64,000 bases of DNA from contig BTVV01000001.1 of assembly GCA_045863855.1 (NCBI GenBank), forward strand, positions 96,800 through 160,799, written 5' to 3'. The stretch comes from Planctomycetota bacterium. Lineage in GTDB: Bacteria > Planctomycetota > SZUA-567 > H5-PLA8. A program made the translations under genes and the position numbers. Each line of letters begins with the position of its first letter. The first letter of the stretch is position 1. Shown one piece after another: positions 19,050-28,298 of the stretch. The notes under the pieces were generated by a model. The model saw only the letters and a program-made list of their open reading frames with translations. It was not told the DNA's origin and searched no databases.

Positions 19050-19397
19050 CGTGGGCCGCCTCGATTGGTCCCGCTGCTCTGTCAACGTACCGGCATCCGG
19101 CGCGGTTTAGATCGTTTCAGCTTACGCGCTTTCCACGGCTTCTCCACGAGTCTCTTCACAGCCGCCGCTGCGCCGGCGAGGCCTCCCATGGTCTTACCCG
19201 TTCCGCACTCGATTCTTCCAAGCATGGAGAAACGGTGGAAAACCTGCCGCGCCCGCGCGTCCTTTTTATGGCCGCGTTTTTGACGCCGAAAAATTCTCGC
19301 GTCCTTTTTGCTGCGAAGGGCTTGGAGTCCTTGAGCGTGGCCGCCGCGACCGCTACGCTGGCGCTTGGCTTGGTCGCGTATTTCCAAGGAGCCTGCG

Positions 19398-20684
19398 TTG
19401 CGCATTCCGCGAGTCATCACGGTCATGAATCAGAAGGGCGGCGTCGGCAAGACCACGACGACGCTCAACGTCGGCGCTTCGCTGGCCCACTTGGGCAAGC
19501 GCGTTCTCTTGATCGACCTCGACCCGCAGGCCAACCTGACCCACGGCCTCTCCATGCTCGCGAAGGACCTCTCCGAATCCGTCTACGAGCTGCTGCTCAA
19601 TCCCCACGTCGTCGCCTCGAACCTGATCCAAAGCACGCCTTGGCCGGGGCTGGACATCGTGCCCAGCCACATCGACCTCTCGGGCGCGGAGATCGAACTG
19701 GTCCCGGTGATGGGCCGCGAGACGCGCCTGGCGCGCGCGCTGGCGCCGGTCCGCGACCGGTACGATTACGTCTTCATCGACTGCCTGCCCAGCCTCTCGC
19801 TGCTGACCGTCAACGCCATGGTCGCCGCGAACGAAGCGCTCGTACCGCTGCAAGCGCACCCCTTCGCGCTCGAAGGCTTGGGCAAACTTTTCGAAGTCGT
19901 CGGCATGCTCCGCGAAGCGCTCAACCCCGATCTGCGCGTCAGCGCCGTCCTCGTCACGCTCTTCGACAGCCGCACCAACGTGAACCGCGAGACGCTCAAG
20001 CGCCTGCAGGGCGATCCGCGCCTCGCGCCGCATCTGCTCGGCACGCTGGTCCGGAACAACATCAAGATCGCCGAGAGCCAGAAAGACGGCGTGCCGGTCC
20101 TCCACTACGACGCGGCGTGCGCCGGCGCGAAAGCCTATCTGCGCGTGGCCGAAGAACTCCTCGAGATGGAACGCAGCGGCTGTCTGGCCAGCGAGGCCGC
20201 CAAGCTGCTCGAAAAGCGCGAACGCGCCGAAGGCAAGCCCGCGCAGGGGGAAACGGCCGACGACGACGCGCCGGTGCGCGCCCGCGCCAAGCGCGCTCCG
20301 GCGGGCAAACCCGAGGCGCCAGCGGAAGAACCGGCCCCCGCGCCGGCCGAAGCGTCCGTCGCCGCGCAGGCCGGCCGCGCCATTCACGAAGCGCTGCACG
20401 CCGCCCCGCCGACCGCGCCCGAACCCGTCCCGGCGCCGCACGCCGAGGCCGAAGCTTCGAACCGCTTTCCGCACGCACCGGAAAGCGCCGCGCAACCCGA
20501 ATCGAGCGCGCTGTCCGGAGCCGATGGAGAAGCAGGGAAAGTTGTAGCGGAAAAAGAACCGAACGAGCCCGTCGCCGGGCCGCTCCGCGCGCCCGCCGAA
20601 CGCCTCGGCACGCGCAGTGACGCGTCGCTCCGGCCGCGCCTGCATGCGGTCCCCTACCACGGTACGCGCCCCGTCCGGAAGTAA
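19398..20684 (+). CDS. parA: ParA/Soj family ATPase with long Pro/Ala/Glu-rich C-terminal tail
   Basis: [28 protein letters not shown] start after AAGGAG. Confidence 0.9.
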   Translation: MRIPRVITVMNQKGGVGKTTTTLNVGASLAHLGKRVLLIDLDPQANLTHGLSMLAKDLSESVYELLLNPHVVASNLIQSTPWPGLDIVPSHIDLSGAEIELVPVMGRETRLARALAPVRDRYDYVFIDCLPSLSLLTVNAMVAANEALVPLQAHPFALEGLGKLFEVVGMLREALNPDLRVSAVLVTLFDSRTNVNRETLKRLQGDPRLAPHLLGTLVRNNIKIAESQKDGVPVLHYDAACAGAKAYLRVAEELLEMERSGCLASEAAKLLEKRERAEGKPAQGETADDDAPVRARAKRAPAGKPEAPAEEPAPAPAEASVAAQAGRAIHEALHAAPPTAPEPVPAPHAEAEASNRFPHAPESAAQPESSALSGADGEAGKVVAEKEPNEPVAGPLRAPAERLGTRSDASLRPRLHAVPYHGTRPVRK

Positions 20685-20818
20685 ACCGGCCGCTCGGCAA
20701 GGGCCTTTCAATTTTTCAATCAACCCGTGTGCCGTCGGCACACCAGAGTTCGGATTCGTCATCGCCAAGAGCTGAAAGGCTCTTGCCGCTCAGCTTCGCC
20801 TGCGGGCGAAAGGCGCGC

Positions 20819-22009
20819 TTACTCGCCGCCGATCTTGTACAGGTGCGCGTCCCAGGGCTTGAACTCGTCCTTCAGGACGCCGTCCGCCACGTCCACCGTG
20901 CGGTCCTCGCCCAATACCTTCGCCTTAGCCGCGCCGCTCAGACCGGCGATCTTGAACGAGGCCGTCGTGGTTCCGTCGCGCATGCCCACCGCGAAGAGGT
21001 ACGTCGCGCCGCCGTGTCGCTTGACCATGCACTCGACGGGAACTTTCGCGTTCGAGGTCTCGACGCTCGCGCCGTCTTTCACGCTCGGGCTGTTCAGCAC
21101 CGGCGCCAGTTCGTGGATCTGTTTGTTGATCTTTGTGATCGCCGCGAGCATCTCCGCGTCGGCCAGCATCCCCGCCTCGACGAACTTCGGTTTGAACTGG
21201 TGGCTGAAGTAAATGAGCCCCTTCGCGCCGCGCACCAGCGCCATCCAGACTTCGCAGCGCACCTGATGCGGCGTCGCCTTCGCATCCGGGTTGCTGATAT
21301 GCGTGCATTCGATGCATGTCCAGACCGGCTTTTCGTCCTTCGACCACTCGCGCAAGCGCTTCACGCCGTCGGCGACGAACCAGAGTTTGCCCGCGACTTC
21401 CTTGTTTCCGTGGCAGGCCGGGTAAATATCGAAGCTGACCAAATCGCAGCCCTTCACGTACTCCGGATAGTCTTCGGGCTTGTTGGTGCGCACGCCGCGC
21501 CCGAACCAGTTGTCCCACGCCACGCCCTGGCCGAGGTTCAAGATCACCGGGCGGCTCGGGTCGCGCTCCTTGATCGCCTTGTAGTCTTCCACGATCTTTT
21601 CGGGCGCGATCGGCGGACCGTAGCCTTTGCCCGTGCCCAGCGACTGCGCGTTGTCCGGCTCGTCGCCGTGCATCCAGCCGACGATCGTCGGATCGTCCAG
21701 CCGCGTACGCGCCAGCTCGTTCTGATCGCAGATTACTTTCATCCCGTGCTTCTTGAGTTCGTCGAGCTGCTCGGCGGTCGGGCCTTTCCAGAGCCCCACG
21801 TACACGTTGATCCCCGCTTCTTTGTACTTAGGCGCGGCGGCCGGAGCTTGCAGCCAGACGCAGACCGGAAAGAAGGAGGGATCCGATGGCGGACCGTTCT
21901 TCCACGCGGCGTACGGATTACCGCCCTGTCCTTCTTCCGCGGACACGCCCAGACTTAAAGCCAGGCCCGTAAGCGCCAGCGCGAACAAGCCTGCGTTCAA
22001 CATCTGCAT
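20819..22009 (-). CDS. Secreted glycoside-hydrolase-like protein (clan GH-A-like)
   Basis: Signal peptide; WMHGDEPDN, SFDIYP, WTCIE, GAKGLIYF; SD AAGGAG. Confidence 0.7.
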   Translation of the reverse strand: MQMLNAGLFALALTGLALSLGVSAEEGQGGNPYAAWKNGPPSDPSFFPVCVWLQAPAAAPKYKEAGINVYVGLWKGPTAEQLDELKKHGMKVICDQNELARTRLDDPTIVGWMHGDEPDNAQSLGTGKGYGPPIAPEKIVEDYKAIKERDPSRPVILNLGQGVAWDNWFGRGVRTNKPEDYPEYVKGCDLVSFDIYPACHGNKEVAGKLWFVADGVKRLREWSKDEKPVWTCIECTHISNPDAKATPHQVRCEVWMALVRGAKGLIYFSHQFKPKFVEAGMLADAEMLAAITKINKQIHELAPVLNSPSVKDGASVETSNAKVPVECMVKRHGGATYLFAVGMRDGTTTASFKIAGLSGAAKAKVLGEDRTVDVADGVLKDEFKPWDAHLYKIGGE

Positions 22010-22474
22010 GGTGAAGCTCCTTAAATGAACGTTCGCACATCCTGCGTGAGTATTAGCAAAAACTCGGTTCGGTCCACGAGTTCGTACACCGCGACGCGGT
22101 GGTCATAGACTGCTAATATTCGGGCAAGCTGCGCGGTTTCAAGCGCCGCGGCCTTCCTTGCAGGCTTGACCGATAAGCCGCAGGCCTCTTCAAACACGTC
22201 TTCTGCGGAACATTTTTGCGCGCTCGTGCATTCCCCTAAACCACAAAGCGTATGTTGGTTCCCAGGTGCAGGACACTCTTGTGCGCAAGTGCAGCACGGT
22301 GAAAACGGTGCAACAAGGAAGCAGCATCTCGCAATCAACCGTAATCCACGGTAGATTAAAGGGTGTGACGCTCTGCCAAGGCTTTACAGCCGCGTGTGCG
22401 AGACGGGTTCACGGGGTGCACTCGCGGTTGAAGTAAGCTTTCGGAGCCCAGACGGACCTGAAAGGCCCGCCTGA

Positions 22475-23623
22475 ATGTCGACTACTTCGATGTCTCCCGC
22501 TCCGGCCTCTAAGATTCGCGGCCGGCGCAGGCAATTAGGTCCCTACGAGCTTCTTAAAAAGCTCGGCCAGGGCGCCATGGGCGCCGTGTACTTGGCGCGG
22601 CACGAGCAGACCGGGCAGAAGGTCGCGCTCAAAGTGCTGCCCCCCGACATGGCCGAAGACCACGAATTTCTCGAACGCTTTCGACGCGAAATGCGCGCGA
22701 TGGTCCGCTTGCGCCATCCCAACGTCGTCGCCGCTTACGACGTCGGCGAGGTCGACGGCTTTCATTACATTGCCATGGAGTTCGTCGACGGCGAAGACCT
22801 CGAAGACGGCTTCCGCCACTTCCCCAACAAGCGCTATCCGGCGACCGAGATCATCAAGATCGCGCGCAGCATCGCCCATGCACTGGCCGCGGCCAGCGAA
22901 CTCGGCATCGTCCACCGCGACATCAAGCCCGCGAACATCCTTAAGGACGAGAACGGACACTACAAGCTCACCGACTTGGGCCTCGCCGCCCGCGTTCTCG
23001 ACGACGAACGCGTGACGCAGACGGGTCTCGCCGTGGGCACGCCGTACTACATCTCGCCCGAACAGGCGCAGGGCTACGAGAACGTCGACGTCCGAGCCGA
23101 CATTTACAGCCTCGGGGCGACGCTGTACCACCTCGCCACCGGGCAGCTTCCGTTCCCCGACGAGAACGCGGTGGTCGTGATGACCCGGCACGTGCAGGAA
23201 GAACTGCGCCCGCCCAGCGAGCTGATCCCCGATCTGCCCAAGCCGATCTGCCGGCTGATCGTCAAGATGATGGCCAAGCGTCCCGCCGACCGGCACAAGG
23301 ACGCCAAGGAACTACTCGCCGATATCGAAGGCATCGCCAAGGGCGAAGTTCCGCACCTCAAGCGTGCGCGCGCCACCAAAGCCGGGACGTCGCTGAATCC
23401 CAGCATGCCGCCCGCGCCGGTCCCGCCGCCACCGGCAGTACCCGCGGCGCCGCGTGCGCCCGAATCGCGCACCGCCGGCGAATTGGGCGCCGCCAGCGGA
23501 GCCACGCCCAGCGGCCGCAAACGCAAACCCCAGCTCGCCCCTTGGAAATGGTACGCCTTCTGGGCCGGCCTCACCGTTTCCGCCATCCTGGTCGGTTTCG
23601 CCGTACGCGCGTTGATGCACTGA
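22475..23623 (+). CDS. Ser/Thr protein kinase with C-terminal TM
   Basis: LGQGAMG, VALK, HRDIKPAN, DLG, GTPYYISPEQ. Confidence 0.93.
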   Translation: MSTTSMSPAPASKIRGRRRQLGPYELLKKLGQGAMGAVYLARHEQTGQKVALKVLPPDMAEDHEFLERFRREMRAMVRLRHPNVVAAYDVGEVDGFHYIAMEFVDGEDLEDGFRHFPNKRYPATEIIKIARSIAHALAAASELGIVHRDIKPANILKDENGHYKLTDLGLAARVLDDERVTQTGLAVGTPYYISPEQAQGYENVDVRADIYSLGATLYHLATGQLPFPDENAVVVMTRHVQEELRPPSELIPDLPKPICRLIVKMMAKRPADRHKDAKELLADIEGIAKGEVPHLKRARATKAGTSLNPSMPPAPVPPPPAVPAAPRAPESRTAGELGAASGATPSGRKRKPQLAPWKWYAFWAGLTVSAILVGFAVRALMH

Positions 23624-23692
23624 CCGCCTTCCGCCGCTGAATCCCCCCGTCTCGGACTTGCCTCGCCGCGGGGATCGCGCGATTATGGACTT

Positions 23693-24286
23693 ATGGCCGA
23701 CGATGAAAAGCAGGGCCGTCCGATCCTGGCCACGATGGTGGGCTGCGCAGGGTTGCTGTTCATCCCGGTGCTGCTGCTGGGCGTGATCGGGTATTCCGGC
23801 TGGAGGCTCTGGGGTCCCCCAAGTGATTCCGGCGCTCCGAAGCCCCCCGCGTCCGGAACGGCCGGCAACGCAGGCCGCTTCAGCGCCGAAGAGGAAATCT
23901 ACGTCCGCGCCCTGATCGAGCGGTTGGGCATCGAAGACCCCGCGGCCAATCGCAAAGCCTGGAGCGACTTGCAGCCGTTTCACCGCCGCGACCGCGACCG
24001 CGTGCGGCAGTTGATGCTCGAAGCCCTCGCGCGCGCCACGAATCCGCTTTTGCTGCGTTCGCTCGTGTGGGGCCTGTGCCGCTACTACGACGAAGCCGGA
24101 CGCGCTGGCATGCTCCAGATCGCCGGGCAGCGCCGTAACCAGCCTCAAGTCATCGATGCCATGCGCTCGGGCATCGTCTCGCTGGCGGATTCGGACGCGG
24201 CGCTGGGCAACCAGATGCTCCAGCGCTTCGACCAGGCCGTCGGCCGCACCGGCGCGCAGCCGGCCGATCCCCGCGACGAGTACTGA
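23693..24286 (+). CDS. Hypothetical membrane-anchored helical protein
   Basis: N-terminal TM followed by HEAT-like helices; co-oriented with neighbours. Confidence 0.7.
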   Translation: MADDEKQGRPILATMVGCAGLLFIPVLLLGVIGYSGWRLWGPPSDSGAPKPPASGTAGNAGRFSAEEEIYVRALIERLGIEDPAANRKAWSDLQPFHRRDRDRVRQLMLEALARATNPLLLRSLVWGLCRYYDEAGRAGMLQIAGQRRNQPQVIDAMRSGIVSLADSDAALGNQMLQRFDQAVGRTGAQPADPRDEY

Positions 24287-24298
24287 TCGGGAACCCGC

Positions 24299-25108
24299 AT
24301 GCCCGGCCCCAACGACGCCAATCAGCGCTACCACGACCGCGTGGCTCCGCGTTACGACGAGATCTACCGCGGCCCGCGTTGGGACGCTTGGTACGAACTG
24401 TCCTGGGACGGCCTGAAACCCCACATCCCCTCCGACCTCCGCGCCCCCGTCGCCGATCTGGGCTGCGGCACCGGAAAGTACGGCCTGCGTCTGGCCAAAA
24501 GCGGCTACCACGTCACCTTCTCCGATCTCAGCCGCGAGATGCTCGAAGTCACGCTCCGCAAGGCTGCCGAGATCGGCGTCGAGACCGCCTGCGAGTTCAT
24601 TCAGGCCGACGTGGTCGATCTGCGCGAACTGCGCGAGAACCACTTTGCGCTCGCCATCGCCCAAGGCGACGTGCTCTCGTTCGCCACCTCGCCGCCCAAG
24701 GCGCTGCGCGAGATCCACCGCCTGCTCCGTCCCGGCGGCATCCTCGTCGCGTCCGTCGATCAGACCTACGCGGCGCTCGCACATTACGCCGAGAAGCTCG
24801 ACCTCGACGGCTTGCAGACGCTGATCCAGCGCGGCGATATGGAATGGCTGGCCCGCGAGAAGCACGAACGCTTTCCCGTGCACACCTTCAGCGCCGAAGA
24901 CCTCCAGCAGCTCCTCGCCAAATGCCGCTTCGAACTGCTGGACCTCTTCGGCAAGACCGTGCTGCCCTTCAAGGCGATGGACGAAGCCTTTGCCGACGAA
25001 GCCCGCGCGCGGCGCATTTTGGCGCTCGAGAAGAAGCTCTGCCGCAAGCCCTCGGCGCTGGGGCTCGCCAGCCACCTTCAGTTTGCCGCCCGCGCGCTGG
25101 AAAAATGA
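24299..25108 (+). CDS. Class I SAM-dependent methyltransferase
   Basis: VADLGCGTG, SDLSREML, LLRPGG. Confidence 0.9.
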   Translation: MPGPNDANQRYHDRVAPRYDEIYRGPRWDAWYELSWDGLKPHIPSDLRAPVADLGCGTGKYGLRLAKSGYHVTFSDLSREMLEVTLRKAAEIGVETACEFIQADVVDLRELRENHFALAIAQGDVLSFATSPPKALREIHRLLRPGGILVASVDQTYAALAHYAEKLDLDGLQTLIQRGDMEWLAREKHERFPVHTFSAEDLQQLLAKCRFELLDLFGKTVLPFKAMDEAFADEARARRILALEKKLCRKPSALGLASHLQFAARALEK

Positions 25109-25214
25109 GTGCCGATTTATGTCAGCGTGGTGAGCGTTGCTTGGAAGAGTTCACCAGAATACTACAAACATAAACCGAATAAAGCGGTCTAAACTGAAAG
25201 TATACCGACTATTT

Positions 25215-25340
25215 TTGTCACCAAGGGAATCACGGTGACAATAATTGACTATGTTGTTCCATCGAACAATCGCTAAACTACACCATGTGCAAGACTTACG
25301 TTAATGAGCGCGATTGGGATCGAGTGGCATGCAGGTTGTT
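25215..25340 (+). promoter_or_regulatory. Putative sigma-54-type promoter with upstream palindromes
   Basis: TTGTCACC-N11-GGTGACAA (25215-25241); TGTTC-N4-GAACA (25255-25268); TGGCAT-GCAGG-TTGTT (25325-25340, with GT instead of GC at -12). Confidence 0.45.
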
Positions 25341-25350
25341 ATTGACGAAC

Positions 25351-25640
25351 TGCGTAAGCGGACGGTTGAGCGTCCTGATCTTTGACAATAGATTCAGTCG
25401 GCCTTTCAGAAGTGCGCCCCCCACTGATTCTGCAGTTTACGGATCGGCTCTCAAACGGCGGGTCCGTCCTCGAAGTCTCTTCCGCAGTGTGGTAGTTCCC
25501 TCGGGTCTGCTGGCAACAGGCCCCGCTGGCTGAATCGATTGTCCGGTACCCGGCGAAGCCCGAGATTGTACCGGTTACGGTGCAATCCCGGGCTTCAGTC
25601 GTTTCAAGGCGGTCCTTCTTCGGAAGGACCGCCTTTTTTT
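25351..25640 (+). ncRNA. Putative structured non-coding RNA, family unrecognised
   Basis: boxB-like hairpin and boxA-like TGATCTTTGACAA; 19-bp helix 25384-25402/25525-25543; inner hairpins; hairpin 25555-25596; terminator. Confidence 0.6.
25606..25640 (+). terminator. Intrinsic terminator
   Basis: AAGGCGGTCCTTC-TTCG-GAAGGACCGCCTT followed by a T tract. Confidence 0.9.
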
Positions 25641-25642
25641 GT

Positions 25643-26842
25643 TTACCGTCCGCGCGGGCGTCGGCCTTTGCGGCCGACGCGCCCCAGACGGCTGTTCGAT
25701 CCCGCCGGCTTCATGCGGCCCGAGAGCGGGCGGCGCCGGGCCGGAGCGCTGCCGCCGGGCTTTGTCGTTCCGCCCGCCGCCGCGCCTTGCGCCTTCAGCG
25801 TGACGATCAGCCGGATCGACTCCAGCACCGCCTGCGCGTCGGGAAAGCGCTGGCTTGGATCTTTCGCCAGCAGCCGCACCACCAGCGCCGCCGTCTGCGG
25901 CGTCAGGTCGGGGCGCAGATGCAAAATTTCCGGCACGTCCTCGAAGAGGTGCATGCGCAGCGTCTGTTCGGGCGTCGCGGCCAGAAACGGCGGCCGGCCG
26001 GTGAGGAACTCGTAGAGCATGCAGCCCAGGCTGTACAGATCGCTGCGCGGATCGGGGCGTCCTTCGCCGGCGACGACTTCCGGCGCGGTGTAATCCGGCG
26101 TGCCCCAGAACTCCTGCCGCTCGCCCGGCGCGGCATCCGGGTCGAGCTGCTGCGGCACGGCGATGCCCAGGTCGGTCAGCTTCGCCGCGCCTTCGGGCGA
26201 GAGCAGCACGTTGTCGGGGTTCACGTCGCGGTGTACCAGACCCGCGCGATGCGCGGCGTCCAGCGCCGCGGCCACCTGCGCCGTCAGATGCAGCGCCGCG
26301 GCCTCGTCGAGCATCCCGCCGCTGCGCTCCAGATGCGCGCGCGCCGAACCGCCCGCCACCAGCTCCATGATCACGTAGTACAGCCCTTCCGTGCACGCCA
26401 CACGCAGCACCTGCACCAGATTGGGGTGCCGCAGCCGCACCGCCGCGCGCGACGACTCCAGGAAGCGCTCCAGGATCTCCGGCTGCGCCGCCAGATCGGG
26501 CGAGAGGATCTTCAGCGCGAAGAGCCGCCCGCTGGGCTGGTGCCGAGCTCGGAAGACCGATCCGGTCGAGCCTTCGCCCAGCGTGTCGAGGAGTTCGTAG
26601 CCGTCGAGGACCGAGATCGTGCGCAGCGGTTCGTTGGGGCCTTCGTGGAGGCTGCGTTCCAGCCCCGCCAGCGCCATCTGGCTCAGCAGGCCGCGTTCGA
26701 CCAGGAAGGCGCCGAAGCCGAACGCCGCTCCGCGCTTCTTCAGTTCGCCGTAAACCACCAGCGCCGCGGTGCCCTTGTCGGGGTCCAGCAGCCCGGAGCG
26801 CACGCCGGCCCGCAACAGGAGCGCCTCTTCTTCCAGGGCCAA
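25643..26842 (-). CDS. Ser/Thr protein kinase with N-terminal helical domain
   Basis: LGEGSTG, FALK, HRDVNPDN, DLG, GTPDYTAPE; N-terminal FGAFLVERGLL segment. Confidence 0.9.
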   Translation of the reverse strand: MALEEEALLLRAGVRSGLLDPDKGTAALVVYGELKKRGAAFGFGAFLVERGLLSQMALAGLERSLHEGPNEPLRTISVLDGYELLDTLGEGSTGSVFRARHQPSGRLFALKILSPDLAAQPEILERFLESSRAAVRLRHPNLVQVLRVACTEGLYYVIMELVAGGSARAHLERSGGMLDEAAALHLTAQVAAALDAAHRAGLVHRDVNPDNVLLSPEGAAKLTDLGIAVPQQLDPDAAPGERQEFWGTPDYTAPEVVAGEGRPDPRSDLYSLGCMLYEFLTGRPPFLAATPEQTLRMHLFEDVPEILHLRPDLTPQTAALVVRLLAKDPSQRFPDAQAVLESIRLIVTLKAQGAAAGGTTKPGGSAPARRRPLSGRMKPAGSNSRLGRVGRKGRRPRGR

Positions 26843-26922
26843 ATCCGCGCTCTCCGTACCGCCCCGCGAACTCGAACGGGTTGCCCGTCACCGCACGCAA
26901 GCACGCCCGCCGGACGGGAAAC

Positions 26923-28185
26923 TCACTCGTCCCAGCTCGGAACCTTGACCCCGCTGCGCAGCACCGTGCCCGGCGGGAGCAGCCGCATGGTGATGGTGCT
27001 CGTCAGCGAAACTTTTTTCTCTTCCTGCTTGGGCGGCTGGTTGTTCTCCTGCGGCACGACCGAGGACGCTTCCATGCGGATCGTGAACGTTTCGGTCTTC
27101 TCCAGTATCCGGCCGCTGGCCACCTGCACCGTCGCGGTGCCCGAACCTTCCAGCGCGTGCAGCAGCCGGTTGCGTTCGCGGAACGACTCGCTAAAGCGGC
27201 CCAGGTATTCCGAAGCGTTCGAATCGAACGCGCCGGCGAAGCGGTATTCCACCACCGCCACCCGGTTGTCGCCTTGCCCGCGGACTTCCCGCAGCCGGCC
27301 TTCCAGGCGCGCATCGAACTGCGTGGGGAGCAGGTTGGCCGCGTCGGGCTGTTCCAGCGGCACGATCACCGGGACGCGGAAAGCCCACGAATCGCCGGGC
27401 GCCACCGCGCGCGCCGAGAAGATCGGAAACAGGTAGTGCGGCGTGTCGTCGTGCAGGATGTGCGGCGTCGGAATCTTCTGCACCGCCTTGACCCGCAGCC
27501 GCGGGAAGATCTGCGTACCCTGCGTCGTCTCGAGCGTCACCGAGTCTTCGTCTTCTTTCGTCTTGATCCCGATGTGGATCCGGCCGTCCTCCAGCAGCAC
27601 CAGGTCTTCGCTGCGGTAGGCGATGCGGTTCTGATCGTCGAAGGCGTAGCAGCGCTGCTGGGCCACGAAATCGCTGTTGGGGCCCAGATTCAGAAGCGTA
27701 TCCGTATTGAGCAGGATCGAATCGACGACCTTCTTGTTCTCGTGGATCTCTTTGCGGCTGCGGTCCAGGTAGGTGCGGCGGATCGCGATCCGCGTCATGT
27801 TCTCGGGCGTGCGGTCCATCGCGGCGTAGGTGAGGTAAAAATCGCCCGTCTCGGTGAAGCGGTTCTCGCCGGCCTGGCTGCGCTCGACGCGGACTTCGTA
27901 GATGTGCACTTTGCCCACGGGCACCCGCGCGCGCAGCGTCACCGCGTCGCCCGATCCCGTCCGCCCTTCCCACGCGGGCATCCGCGGCGCTTCGCCTTTA
28001 GGCTCGGCGGGTTTTTCCGTCTCTCGCTTCTCGGCCTGCTCGCCCGGTTTCTGCTCCGGATCCTCGCGCAGCGCCGCGCCGGCGTCGTTCGATCCGCCCC
28101 GGCAGCCGGACAAGAACGGAGCCGCGCCACACGCCAGCAGCGCGCAAAGCATCCCCACCGTGCACAGGCCCATCCCACGATTCAT
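26923..28185 (-). CDS. Hypothetical lipoprotein
   Basis: SD GGGGAG; lipobox FLSGC; beta-rich body. Confidence 0.75.
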   Translation of the reverse strand: MNRGMGLCTVGMLCALLACGAAPFLSGCRGGSNDAGAALREDPEQKPGEQAEKRETEKPAEPKGEAPRMPAWEGRTGSGDAVTLRARVPVGKVHIYEVRVERSQAGENRFTETGDFYLTYAAMDRTPENMTRIAIRRTYLDRSRKEIHENKKVVDSILLNTDTLLNLGPNSDFVAQQRCYAFDDQNRIAYRSEDLVLLEDGRIHIGIKTKEDEDSVTLETTQGTQIFPRLRVKAVQKIPTPHILHDDTPHYLFPIFSARAVAPGDSWAFRVPVIVPLEQPDAANLLPTQFDARLEGRLREVRGQGDNRVAVVEYRFAGAFDSNASEYLGRFSESFRERNRLLHALEGSGTATVQVASGRILEKTETFTIRMEASSVVPQENNQPPKQEEKKVSLTSTITMRLLPPGTVLRSGVKVPSWDE

Positions 28186-28298
28186 GGCGCGACTCCCCTG
28201 GCTCGGAAAAGCCCAATGATTATAGGTGACGCCAGGGACCGTGGCAGCTTCCAAAACTTCTGGCTTCCTGGGGGCGTTCGGCGGGTGGAACGCTCCGG

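Noticed and set aside
20727..20743. Palindrome as parS
   Set aside because: No resemblance to TGTTTCACGTGAAACA and no parB nearby.
22311..22330. AGGAAGCAGCA resembling the SRP RNA motif
   Set aside because: The preceding CAGG...GGAA tetraloop helix is missing.
25403..25524. 5S rRNA inside the long helix (size fits)
   Set aside because: No 5S hallmarks such as CCGAAC or GATGGTA on either strand.
25285..25533. 82-aa ORF over the ncRNA
   Set aside because: No clear SD, atypical codon usage; the sequence is better explained by RNA helices.
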